DNA of 32,000 nt from Aliivibrio fischeri ES114. Its GTDB lineage: Bacteria > Pseudomonadota > Gammaproteobacteria > Enterobacterales > Vibrionaceae. The DNA lies in assembly GCF_000011805.1 (NCBI RefSeq), contig NC_006841.2, one strand, 5' to 3'. The translations under genes and the position numbers were made by a program. The notes under the pieces are model-generated. The model was not told where the DNA came from. It made no database searches and was given only the letters and a program-made list of their open reading frames with translations. Below are positions 10,187 to 19,550 of the stretch, in pieces (the first letter of the stretch is position 1; every line of letters begins with the position of its first letter).

Positions 10187-10217
10187 AAAAGCCTCGCTAA
10201 TTCAGCGAGGCTTTTTT
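10187..10217 (+). terminator. Rho-independent terminator after tkt
   Basis: AAAAGCCTCGCT-aattc-AGCGAGGCTTTTTT perfect stem with T tract. Confidence 0.92.
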
Positions 10218-10251
10218 ATATTGAGAAATAGTTTTGAATTAAATACAACTT

Positions 10252-11202
10252 TTATGCGTATCGATTCATCTCTTCTGAGTCTTCTGGTAACGTTTTGAAG
10301 CGTTTATGTAGCCACATCCATTGCGAAGGTTCTTTCTCAATTAAACGTTCAATCTCTCTATTTAGTACATTTGCAGCTGTAACAGCATCACGGCGTGGAA
10401 TATCATCACTAATGTCATCCCCTATTTCTAAAGTATAGTGATTGTCAGTTCGTATACTGGTACCCGACATAACAGCACACTTTGTCATATCAATTAAGAA
10501 ACTGGAACCCGTAGTTGTTGCCGCTTCTTGAACAGCAAAAAATGGAACAAACACTGAGTTACGGCGGCCATAGTCATGATCAGGCAAATACCACAAACGA
10601 TTTCCAGACTTAAGAACCTTAATCATGCTTTTAACATCATGACGGTCAATCATCTTATGACCTTTACGCGTACGTCCGCGATGTTGAATAAATTCATACA
10701 CAGGATTGCTATTAGCACGATACACGCCATAACCAGGAGCAAAAAGACTAAAAATTCGAGCTGTCATTTCAAGATTTAAAAAATGACAACACAGCACTAA
10801 TACGCCTTTACCTTCTTGCTCTTTTTCTAACATTTTCTCTTGGCCAATAATGGATATATGACGCTTAACACGCCAATCAGGCCAAAACCAAGCCATACCG
10901 GTTTCAATTAATGCTAACCCAGTATTCTTAAAGTTTTCATTCACTAATCGCTCAATTTCTGTTTGTGAATAATGAGGAAAACATAATGCTAGATTTTTTC
11001 GAGCAACGTTCGCACGCTTTTTTAAGCAAAATTTAGATAAACATCCGATTCCATTCCCTATTCTTTTAAGGACGACGAACGGAAGTACATTAACCAATAC
11101 AGCAAGAAAAGAAAAAGATAGCCATACAAGCCAGTACTTTGGAGACAACAGCGCCCATGTAAATTTAGGACTTGGAACTGTTTTCATTTTTTCACCCATC
11201 AA
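10252..11202 (-). CDS. LpxL/HtrB-family Kdo2-lipid A acyltransferase; supplied track says + but the sequence encodes it on the minus strand
   Basis: Reverse complement at 11202 gives ATGATGGGTGAAAAAATGAAAACAGTT (MMGEKMKTV) and at 10252 gives ATGAATCGATACGCATAA (MNRYA*). Contains 'VLVLCCHFLNLEMTAR', 'YLPDHDYGRRNSVFVPFF' and 'AATTTGSSF', typical of LpxL/LpxP. Start could be Met6 (11187). Confidence 0.93.
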   Translation of the reverse strand: MMGEKMKTVPSPKFTWALLSPKYWLVWLSFSFLAVLVNVLPFVVLKRIGNGIGCLSKFCLKKRANVARKNLALCFPHYSQTEIERLVNENFKNTGLALIETGMAWFWPDWRVKRHISIIGQEKMLEKEQEGKGVLVLCCHFLNLEMTARIFSLFAPGYGVYRANSNPVYEFIQHRGRTRKGHKMIDRHDVKSMIKVLKSGNRLWYLPDHDYGRRNSVFVPFFAVQEAATTTGSSFLIDMTKCAVMSGTSIRTDNHYTLEIGDDISDDIPRRDAVTAANVLNREIERLIEKEPSQWMWLHKRFKTLPEDSEEMNRYA

Positions 11203-11258
11203 AACTAAGACACCTGTCTCAGAAATATAATTAAAGTGAAATTTTAGTTGAAAAGTTT

Positions 11259-11324
11259 AATAAGCTCAATCAAGTTTGATCAAATTATTTTCAAAAATAT
11301 CAATTACCTTGATTGAGGCTTATT
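11259..11324. repeat. Inverted repeat upstream of the LpxL-like gene
   Basis: AATAAGCTCAATCAAG (11259-11274) pairs with CTTGATTGAGGCTTATT (11308-11324) with a single unpaired base. Confidence 0.7.
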
Positions 11325-11358
11325 CATTATAAATAGTTACGTTTTGAATCATTATTTA

Positions 11359-11385
11359 ATTCGACAAATTAGAACTGTGTCGAAT
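11359..11385. repeat. 8-bp perfect inverted repeat with 11-nt spacer
   Basis: ATTCGACA (11359-11366) and TGTCGAAT (11378-11385), in the gap between the HTH gene stop and the LpxL-like gene start. Confidence 0.6.
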
Positions 11386-11407
11386 AACTTATAAAATACA
11401 GTATTAA

Positions 11408-12190
11408 TTATAATAATTCATCACTATTAATTGTTTCATAAAGTTCTTTTAACAAACCTGATTCAATATTAATCAAACCATCTGATAAATGTATATAATT
11501 ACCTTCAGTTACATTTAGCAATATATTTTTTCTGATATCTTCACTTTCTTTTGATTCTTTATTTTGAAAATGAAAATGTTGTATTTTCTCATAAACCATT
11601 TCTGAGACCTGATCAATTTGTTCTTGCGTTAAACAAACTCGAGACATTCCTACTACTGGTCTTTTTGCTTGTGATAATACTTCAAGCCTTAATTTCTCGG
11701 TAAACAAAGTATCTAATTTAGAACCTTCAAAAAAGGTATAATAAGGAGGAGTAAGAAAGCATGGTGAACCATCACTTTTCAGTTCAACCAAACCCATAAT
11801 CTCCAATGCTCTCAAATAGATATAAACACTCTGTTCATTCAAATGGTTTTCATTAGCCACCTCTTGTACATCTTTTCCTTTGACATGAACTTCATAGAAA
11901 AAATCATACAAATAAGGGTGATTATAAAAGATTTCGTCAAGAACTTCGGTTCTCGTTCCTTCTTCTTTATTGTGAATATCACGTGCAATTTGTGAAAGTT
12001 CTTCTAGATTGGTATTTAATACGGTTGCATATTCCATTAATTTATCAATACCAATTGAATTACTATGAAAATGTCTTTTTAATGTCGAAATAGGTACATT
12101 TACTTTTAATGACAATTCATTATAAGTAAGATCATTTTCTTTTAATTTAACTCGTAATGCATTTAATAATAAACTAGCACAAAATCCCAT
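11408..12190 (-). CDS. Helix-turn-helix transcriptional regulator, otherwise uncharacterised
   Basis: N-terminal HTH 'LRVKLKENDLTYNELSLKVNVPISTLKRHFHSNSIGIDKLMEYATVLNTNLEELSQIA' and second wHTH-like region 'GKDVQEVANENHLNEQSVYIYLRALEIMGLVEL'. Met13 at 12190 has a GGAAG ribosome binding site, so the ORF start at 12226 is probably too early. Confidence 0.75.
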   Translation of the reverse strand: MGFCASLLLNALRVKLKENDLTYNELSLKVNVPISTLKRHFHSNSIGIDKLMEYATVLNTNLEELSQIARDIHNKEEGTRTEVLDEIFYNHPYLYDFFYEVHVKGKDVQEVANENHLNEQSVYIYLRALEIMGLVELKSDGSPCFLTPPYYTFFEGSKLDTLFTEKLRLEVLSQAKRPVVGMSRVCLTQEQIDQVSEMVYEKIQHFHFQNKESKESEDIRKNILLNVTEGNYIHLSDGLINIESGLLKELYETINSDELL

Positions 12191-12343
12191 AACGACTTCC
12201 TTGATGTTATTTCTTATTTTTTTCAATTTACTTTATATCATTCTAAATTACTAGTTCGGTTTCATTTTTTGGAGTGAAGCAACTCATAAATTAAAACCCT
12301 CTTAGTTATAAAACTGTAATCATTGCACCACTTTCGCGCAAAG

Positions 12344-12359
12344 GTTACAAATATGTAAC
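12344..12359. promoter_or_regulatory. Perfect palindromic operator-like site GTTACA-AATA-TGTAAC
   Basis: Read directly in the divergent intergenic region between the HTH gene and the beta-barrel gene. Confidence 0.5.
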
Positions 12360-12406
12360 AACGTCAATTTAATGACAAATAATAATAACAGCGTCAGTTA
12401 TCGCTC

Positions 12407-13300
12407 ATGATGAGCACTTTATCGACATGGAAGTCATATATGCGGACAAAACTATTAAAACAGTCAGCACTATCGAGCTTCATTTTTTGTACTTCAGCAC
12501 TAGTTCATGATGCTTTTGCAGAAGATACGAACAAGGAAGAAATACCTGCTGAATCCACAGAGATAGAACAAGACTCAAATTTAAAATGGGGCGGCTCATT
12601 AAGCCTTGGGTATGACAGTAATCTTTACTCAGCTTCTGATTATCGCTCAAGTCGTGCTATTTCATTTCATGGTTCACTTCATTTGGCATTTTGGGAGCAC
12701 TACTCTCTTTATTCCAATACAGGTGGTTACCGTACATTACAAAATGCTGAAGGATTCTATTCTACAGATACGGTTGTTGGTTTATCGCGCTCATCACTGC
12801 TCACTTTTGGTGATACAGGACGTATGTCTATCAGTGGGCAATTTTCAATCCCAACATCACAAGCGTCTCAAGATAGTTTTCTCAATACCGCTTTTCGTAT
12901 ACAAACCCCATTTACTTTCAAGTTAGCGGACGTTGGTTTCCTTATTGCACCTCGTGTTCGTAAAAACTTTCACCAGTACACTACCTCACCATCAGGCAAC
13001 GTAAATATATCGTGGGGATTATCTTTATTATTAGGAGCAAATTATAACTATGGCGATGCTTTCTTCTCAGTATCGGCATTAGGAGGAACCTCTATAAATT
13101 ATAACGGTCGCTGGGCAGATGGTTACAGCTATGGTGGTAACGTCAGCGCTGGTTATAACTTTTTAGAGGACCTTTCTATTTCATTAACACTGGCTTCTTC
13201 CGGTGTATATACAGATGCAGCACAAGGAACATTAGGCAGCTTTAATCTTTTTGATGAAGCAAAAGCAACCTACTCGCTTGGCATGACTTATTCATTTTAG
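12407..13300 (+). CDS. Predicted outer-membrane beta-barrel protein
   Basis: Signal-like N-terminus ('SALSSFIFCTSALVHDAFAED'), alternating aromatic/glycine beta strands throughout, and C-terminal 'KATYSLGMTYSF' ending in Phe, typical of OMP C-termini. Confidence 0.75.
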   Translation: MMSTLSTWKSYMRTKLLKQSALSSFIFCTSALVHDAFAEDTNKEEIPAESTEIEQDSNLKWGGSLSLGYDSNLYSASDYRSSRAISFHGSLHLAFWEHYSLYSNTGGYRTLQNAEGFYSTDTVVGLSRSSLLTFGDTGRMSISGQFSIPTSQASQDSFLNTAFRIQTPFTFKLADVGFLIAPRVRKNFHQYTTSPSGNVNISWGLSLLLGANYNYGDAFFSVSALGGTSINYNGRWADGYSYGGNVSAGYNFLEDLSISLTLASSGVYTDAAQGTLGSFNLFDEAKATYSLGMTYSF

Positions 13301-13323
13301 GGATAAAATAATAAAAACAGGAT

Positions 13324-16300
13324 GTGAACAATATGACATATAAAAAGCTTACATTAGCTGCAGCGGTAACCGTTGCACTCACTGGTTGTGCGCCAGAAGA
13401 ACAAGAATATGACACTCTTGATAAAGACCTTACTGAAGTTAAAGTACAAGATTTACGTGTTGAAGGCCGCTGGTTTTATGCTCCAACTACCGGAGCTGCA
13501 CCTCGCTTTGCTGTAACTCAATTTCCATTTTTACAAGGTATGGGACGTTATGTTGAGCTTTGCTTTTCAGATGAAGGCTTAGAAGTTCGTGGCTATGACA
13601 ATAATAATCCTGATCTTTTATTACCAAAAGATAAAAACGGCTTCTGTTTACCGCAAGATGAAAGCAATATCGGCTCTGATGACCAAGTTAACTTTCCTCA
13701 TGTTATGACCATCCCTGGTAGTTATGCGAAATACCAATGTCGTGAAGATAACTACGGAGATTGTACTAACGTTGAAGAAAAAGATTCAGATCCAAACCTT
13801 GGCAACACCACTTTTAGAAACAATACCCACTTTACGCCAAGCCCTGAATCAACATTAGTGAGTGATTTAAACTGGGACGAACTCTATGGCACTAAAGACG
13901 GATTAACACCACAAGGATCACCAGAAGTGATCTCTTGGGAGTTTGACCCTAAAAAAGGCGTATTAAACTTCGAACTTGAACAAACATTTAAGATTAATTT
14001 TTCTAAATTATCGCGTTATATGGATTGGTCAGCAATGGAAGAAGAGTTGGCTAAAGGCTCATTTAAGTCTCGCTTCTATTACTCCCTTGTACATGAAAGT
14101 CACATAGCATCAGAAGATTATCAACCTGTCTTATATCCGGTGAATGATGAAAACGACATTGGTTTCTTTACCACAACAACAAAAGTAAGAGATCCAATCA
14201 CTAACAAATACGATGCTGTCACTTATTTGAACCGTTTTAATCCGGCTCAAGGCTCAATCAAATATTACTTATCAGATAACTTTTTTGAAGAGAAGAATAA
14301 GCTTTTCTTAGACTCGACGATCAATACCGTTAATAAAATGAACGAAACTCTTCGTTTACTTGAACCAAACTCAAACAAACCTATGATTGAGATTGTTAAT
14401 AAATCAGAAGGAATGGGAATTCATCCGGGTGATCTTCGCTATAACGTCATTAATCTTGTCGATGAACCGCTTGATAACGGGTTACTTGGTTATGGTCCAT
14501 CTATTGCGCACCCGAGAACTGGTGAGATCATTAAAGCACACGTAAACCAATATTCTGGCGTTGCACGTCGTGGTGTTCCATTTTACTGGGATAATATGGC
14601 GCGACTGTATAACCGTGGACAACTTGAAATGAATGGTTTAGCTGCAGAAGAATCAGCATCTGCACAATCAAGATCAGAACTTCAAACTAATAGATCCGTC
14701 TCTGAATCACTTTACGCCAATCATAATCAACATGCTCATAATACAACCTCCATTTCAATTAATGAAGAAACAGCAATTGAGTTTTTAGCCCAACAAAGCT
14801 TAAAACAAAAATTGGCGCAAGGTCCAACGATATTAAAACCTGTCAATGATGACATGGATCTTGAAGATATTGTTCGAGCAGAAGAGGAGCGTCTTGCATT
14901 TTGGAGTGAAAACAACGCCTACCCTATTGAAGCGTCATGGGTGTCGTCTTCAAGTAAAGCCGTTATTGATAACTTACCTCTTGTTGACGAAGGTTACTTC
15001 ACGAATATTACGGATCCAGAAACAGGTATTGTTACTAAAACACTAAAACCATGGGCCCTACTGCCAGACCATCTTCAGACGGTTGCAGCTGATGCGATTA
15101 CCGTAACAACTTATGCGAACACTTTAGTTCATGAAATTGGTCATAATGTAGGTTTACGTCATAACTTTAAAGGCTCGAATGACATTGATAACTACCTATC
15201 AAAAACACAATCTAAACTACTTGGCTTAAGCAACATTCCAGCGTACAGCTCAACAATGGATTACGCACCAAGTATGCTTGATGAAATCCCAACTTGGGGT
15301 CTATATGACTTAGCTGCATTTAAATTTGCATACGCTCGTAAACTTGATCTTGTTGAAGCATCACCGATGAGCGCTGAACAACGCGCGTCTGAAGGTGGTG
15401 AAGCTGCATATGCTAACTCTTTCTACAGTCAATACGGTGCAACCGCTGAAAATGAATCTCTTATGGTTTGTACTGAGCAATCACAAGTACTTGATGCTCA
15501 AGGTCAAGCAACGGGACAATCAAACTACACCTGTGATTTCTCTCGTTTAGATACTGCAGCACTAAATGGCAATCCACTTGCTGAACATGGTGTACTTTAC
15601 TACCTAGATGACATACTCGGTTTCACTCGTAAGTCTTATGCTTTCTGTACCGATGGTAATGTTTCTGGCAATAGCGATTGTAACCGTTTTGATGAAGGGA
15701 CAAACCTACAAGAAATCGCCACTTACAAATGGCAGCAATACTTAGACAGCTACGACTCACGAAATGCTGGGCTATATAATGATGGGCTTTATAATTCTAA
15801 TTACCCATCTTATATTATTCGTCGCTTCCGTGAAATGAACACAATACGTGACATGATTGAAGACAATGAACGTGTCGACCAACTATTTCACGATTATGGT
15901 GACGCCTCACCTTCAAATAAGCCGACCGAATTTTTACAAATGGTTGCAGCCAATCCGAATACCTGTGTTTATTCAGAAGATAGAGATGAAAGAGCTGGTA
16001 ACTCGTGGTTATGTGATTATGCCTTTGGTGCGAAAAAAGCTTCTGAATTTTTCTTAGATGTATTACGTACACCAGAAACGCAATGTATTATCACTGACCG
16101 TTCGGGAACTATGCGCAGTATTTCTCTTGGTGAGGCATTAACAGCACAAAGTTATACTATTCCAAGTGAATACGATATTACTCGTGCAGATTGTTTCGAT
16201 GAGGTTGCTACTCCAATTCTTGAATCTTTATATGGAGCAACTGAAATTCATGCCAAATCAATTAACTCTAAGTTCTTAAACTCGGTAGGTTCGTTTGACC

Positions 16301-17424
16301 CATCAAACCCGTATTCAAATGCAGTTTCTGTATTAGGTATGTGGCCAGATAAAGGATTAGCAAGTTACCAATTGGCTCGTCGTTTCTCTTTCCGTTACAC
16401 AGATGAAACTGCGTTTGCTTCTTTACTCGACTTACCTGGGGTTAAAGCCGAATACGATGCCATTATGGCGCACATTGTTGCAAAAGAACCACTAGCCAAT
16501 GCCGTTGAGTTTGTTGATAGAGCTGGTGCACCTTATGAACCAATCATCGATGTTAACTTACACGTTTCACAACTGGTAGAAGCACTACCACCAATGCCAC
16601 GCGGTATCGAATCATTCTATGGTTTAACTCGCACTGGTAGAACCGATATGTCGAGCATGATTGTGTATATGGGTACTCGACAAATGCTGACTTCTGATTA
16701 TAAATTTGCAGAAACAGCCCTACAGCAACGTAACAGCTTAACAAAACAGCTTGATCAATATGGTTTGCTTGGTGGTGATGGATTAACGGTTTCAATTGGA
16801 GGCATTAATTACACCATCACTAAGGACAATACACTAGCGAATCGTGTCGCTTCAAAACTGTTTACAAGTGAAGGTTACACAGCAAAAATTGCGCTAGATA
16901 ATACGTCAGCTGAAACATTAACGAATATTCTTAATGCATGGCAACCAGTAGCAGGGTTTAAATCATCGTTCCATACGCCAATTCTTGCCCTTGATGCACC
17001 ATTTATTGAATTGATCATTAATTCATATAAAGCACAAATTGCCTCTGGTGAAATTGATTTAAGCAATGGTATGAACAACCAGATCTTTAATGCAGTTATT
17101 AACGGGGTTCTATCACAACCTGATGTTACTTATAACCCAGAAACAGGTACCGTTACATCAAATACAGGTAAAGAGCACAGTATAAGCAGTGTAATTTCTA
17201 TCATTGATTATACAATGGCATACGTAAATGCTGGACTTGATCCAACACTTCTTACGGCAAGCTATGCCCTATACGACGGCTTTACTGGAGCAGAAGAAAC
17301 CAATCAGTTTGCTTGGACGCTCACATTAGAAATGATTAAAGCCTATCAATCAGGTGATTATACAAACATGGTTGGCGAACATTACGAAGCACTTCGTAAA
17401 CTCCCAGTTCACAAAATTTATTAA
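13324..17424 (+). CDS. Large zinc-dependent metalloprotease, predicted lipoprotein (1366 aa)
   Basis: Lipobox 'AVTVALTGC|APEEQE'. HExxHxxGxxH motif 'HEIGHNVGLRHNF' (15130-15162 for the core) with downstream candidate Met-turn 'SSTMDYAPS'. Start is GTG at 13324 or ATG at 13333. Confidence 0.88.
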   Translation: MNNMTYKKLTLAAAVTVALTGCAPEEQEYDTLDKDLTEVKVQDLRVEGRWFYAPTTGAAPRFAVTQFPFLQGMGRYVELCFSDEGLEVRGYDNNNPDLLLPKDKNGFCLPQDESNIGSDDQVNFPHVMTIPGSYAKYQCREDNYGDCTNVEEKDSDPNLGNTTFRNNTHFTPSPESTLVSDLNWDELYGTKDGLTPQGSPEVISWEFDPKKGVLNFELEQTFKINFSKLSRYMDWSAMEEELAKGSFKSRFYYSLVHESHIASEDYQPVLYPVNDENDIGFFTTTTKVRDPITNKYDAVTYLNRFNPAQGSIKYYLSDNFFEEKNKLFLDSTINTVNKMNETLRLLEPNSNKPMIEIVNKSEGMGIHPGDLRYNVINLVDEPLDNGLLGYGPSIAHPRTGEIIKAHVNQYSGVARRGVPFYWDNMARLYNRGQLEMNGLAAEESASAQSRSELQTNRSVSESLYANHNQHAHNTTSISINEETAIEFLAQQSLKQKLAQGPTILKPVNDDMDLEDIVRAEEERLAFWSENNAYPIEASWVSSSSKAVIDNLPLVDEGYFTNITDPETGIVTKTLKPWALLPDHLQTVAADAITVTTYANTLVHEIGHNVGLRHNFKGSNDIDNYLSKTQSKLLGLSNIPAYSSTMDYAPSMLDEIPTWGLYDLAAFKFAYARKLDLVEASPMSAEQRASEGGEAAYANSFYSQYGATAENESLMVCTEQSQVLDAQGQATGQSNYTCDFSRLDTAALNGNPLAEHGVLYYLDDILGFTRKSYAFCTDGNVSGNSDCNRFDEGTNLQEIATYKWQQYLDSYDSRNAGLYNDGLYNSNYPSYIIRRFREMNTIRDMIEDNERVDQLFHDYGDASPSNKPTEFLQMVAANPNTCVYSEDRDERAGNSWLCDYAFGAKKASEFFLDVLRTPETQCIITDRSGTMRSISLGEALTAQSYTIPSEYDITRADCFDEVATPILESLYGATEIHAKSINSKFLNSVGSFDPSNPYSNAVSVLGMWPDKGLASYQLARRFSFRYTDETAFASLLDLPGVKAEYDAIMAHIVAKEPLANAVEFVDRAGAPYEPIIDVNLHVSQLVEALPPMPRGIESFYGLTRTGRTDMSSMIVYMGTRQMLTSDYKFAETALQQRNSLTKQLDQYGLLGGDGLTVSIGGINYTITKDNTLANRVASKLFTSEGYTAKIALDNTSAETLTNILNAWQPVAGFKSSFHTPILALDAPFIELIINSYKAQIASGEIDLSNGMNNQIFNAVINGVLSQPDVTYNPETGTVTSNTGKEHSISSVISIIDYTMAYVNAGLDPTLLTASYALYDGFTGAEETNQFAWTLTLEMIKAYQSGDYTNMVGEHYEALRKLPVHKIY

Positions 17425-17436
17425 CCTCCCCCAATA

Positions 17437-17464
17437 AAAAAGCCAGCATAACCGCTGGCTTTTC
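17437..17464. terminator. Terminator between the metalloprotease and flavin reductase genes (convergent)
   Basis: AAAAGCCAGC-ataacc-GCTGGCTTTT, with A run on one side and T run on the other. Confidence 0.85.
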
Positions 17465-17484
17465 TTCATCTTAAACACTAAGAG

Positions 17485-18141
17485 CTAAAGAATGGTAATT
17501 ACATCTTCAAATGCTTTGCGGGATTTAGGTAAAGAAGCATTGTAATCCTCACTTGGATGATGATAACCAATGGCTAAAGCAACATGGCATTCATACCCTT
17601 TTAATTCATCAGCAAAAATTTCACTGAGTAATTCAGGATCAATCCCTTCCATTGTTGTTGAATCAATGTTCAGTCTAGCTAATGTATGCAAAGCATTACC
17701 AAGAGCTAAATAAGCTTGAGGTTTCGTCCATGCTTTATGCTCACCATTTTCATCGCAGTTCAATTCTACAAACTTAAACGAGGCAAAAGCAGCTTCTTTT
17801 TGCTCTTCAGTAATACGCTTGTCAGCAACCGCTTTAGATAAAACCACATCATAATCATCTCGTGTATACGAAAGCTTATTTGCAAATAAAATCACATGAG
17901 AACACGCTTTGATGTGCGGTTGATTAAACTGATGCATATTTGCAAATGAATCATGCATACGTTGCTTTGCTTCATCAGACTCAATCACAATGAACTTCCA
18001 AGGCTGTGAGTTAATTGAAGAAGCGGATAAACGCAGAGCCTCAAGTAAAACCGCTAAATCTTCTTGAGATACTTTCTTTGATGAGTCATATTTTTTTGAT
18101 GTATAACGATTTTCAAGATCATGAATAATTGGATGCGTCAT
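17485..18141 (-). CDS. NAD(P)H-flavin oxidoreductase, nitroreductase family (FRase I-like)
   Basis: 'MTHPIIHDLENRYTSKKYDSSKKVSQEDLAVLLEALRLSASSINSQPWKFIVIES...' closely resembles the A. fischeri major flavin reductase FRase I. The ATG at 18141 fits the family N-terminus better than the 18234 ORF start. Confidence 0.93.
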   Translation of the reverse strand: MTHPIIHDLENRYTSKKYDSSKKVSQEDLAVLLEALRLSASSINSQPWKFIVIESDEAKQRMHDSFANMHQFNQPHIKACSHVILFANKLSYTRDDYDVVLSKAVADKRITEEQKEAAFASFKFVELNCDENGEHKAWTKPQAYLALGNALHTLARLNIDSTTMEGIDPELLSEIFADELKGYECHVALAIGYHHPSEDYNASLPKSRKAFEDVITIL

Positions 18142-18230
18142 AATAATAAGCCTTACTTGTTGAAATTTTAATCCACTGACATTCTTGTCTGCGCAACTTA
18201 TGATGTCAACAAGCAAGACACACTCAATAT

Positions 18231-19550
18231 TCAATTTGCCATAGTGACACGGTTTCGTCCGTTATTCTTAGATTGATATAGAGCAGCATCGGCACGTTTG
18301 TATGCATCTGAAAACGTCGTGTCATCATCTACAACACCACCAATTGATACTGTTACATGCAGATCTGCAATTAATTCTTTTTCTATCGCTGATCGTATCC
18401 TCTCAGCTTTTTCTTCTGAATTCGTAACACTAACGGAGTCCAACAAAATGATAAACTCCTCTCCTCCCCAACGAATACAATAATCTTGGTTACTTCTTAC
18501 TGAGGCTAAAATACGTTGCGCAATTTGCTGAATGACTTCATCACCTTTCTTATGACCATAGGTATCGTTAATTTGTTTGAAGTTGTCTATATCAATAATC
18601 AACAATGAAAATGCCTTCATTTTTTTCAGGCGTTTTTCATAAAAGTCACGGCGATAAAACCCTGTCATCGTATCATATTGCAACAAAAACTTGCTGCGCT
18701 TTACATTATAGCCAATTGCAAACAAAGCTAAGGTAATGAACAACGAAGGAAAAATTATTTTCTTTATTAAATCAACAAGGTTTATCCCTAATGTAAATGG
18801 GTCTAACTCAGAACATGGGAGATAAGCCGATTTTTGATATAAATTATTTTTGTTTTGACTGTTCACAACCATATTTTTGATTTTGTTATAGTGCTCTATT
18901 CTCTCATGTAAAAGTGATGCTTTAATATCAACGACTAACAGTGCATCTAAGTGTCGTTTATTATAGATAGGATAATATATCGAGCGAATATTCTCACTCG
19001 TACCATCTTCTATGTATTTTTCCGTCAACTTCAGGTTACAACCATAAAAAGATTGATAGGTTTGTTTTAAATTTTCATTATCTACAATGTGTGAGATAAC
19101 GTTATCTTCCTCTATCTTCTCATAAAATTGCTCATAACTATCTCTGATCGGATCTAAATGAAAATAACTCGATGGGTTCTGGAAGACAGCGATTGTCCAT
19201 AAATTATCACCAATAAGTTTCTCTAACTCAGTTCGTAATTTACTTATCCCTTCAGATAAAACCTTAACTTCTGTATCTCGAGTAACAACAACAGTGACAT
19301 CATTCCTAAAATAACGCCCTTCATCTAATGTGATAGCTGTTGCATTATTATAATAAGATGAGAAACGTCGACTTATCGAATAGACACTTTTATAGTCATC
19401 TACAATTTCACGCTCTAATCGATTCACTGAAATGATATTGAAGAAGAAATAGCAAATTAAACATACGCAAAAGATCAAAGTCCACATTTTCAAAATAATA
19501 AAAATATAGCTTTTTAACTGTGGCAACATTAATCGTCTTAGCATCGTCAT
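18231..19550 (-). CDS. Membrane-bound GGDEF diguanylate cyclase with a large N-terminal periplasmic sensor region
   Basis: 'FSLLIIDIDNFKQINDTYGHKKGDEVIQQIAQRI' and intact 'RWGGEEF'. TM near the N-terminus (WTLIFCVCLICYFFFNII) and a second (IIFPSLFITLALFAIGY) before GGDEF. Start uncertain; the supplied ORF reaches 19664. Confidence 0.88.
   Translation of the reverse strand: MTMLRRLMLPQLKSYIFIILKMWTLIFCVCLICYFFFNIISVNRLEREIVDDYKSVYSISRRFSSYYNNATAITLDEGRYFRNDVTVVVTRDTEVKVLSEGISKLRTELEKLIGDNLWTIAVFQNPSSYFHLDPIRDSYEQFYEKIEEDNVISHIVDNENLKQTYQSFYGCNLKLTEKYIEDGTSENIRSIYYPIYNKRHLDALLVVDIKASLLHERIEHYNKIKNMVVNSQNKNNLYQKSAYLPCSELDPFTLGINLVDLIKKIIFPSLFITLALFAIGYNVKRSKFLLQYDTMTGFYRRDFYEKRLKKMKAFSLLIIDIDNFKQINDTYGHKKGDEVIQQIAQRILASVRSNQDYCIRWGGEEFIILLDSVSVTNSEEKAERIRSAIEKELIADLHVTVSIGGVVDDDTTFSDAYKRADAALYQSKNNGRNRVTMAN

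Noticed and set aside
12403-12415. Odd palindrome GCTCATGATGAGC around the start codon of the beta-barrel gene
   Set aside because: Short and easily produced by chance around ATGATG; the GTTACA palindrome upstream is a better operator candidate.
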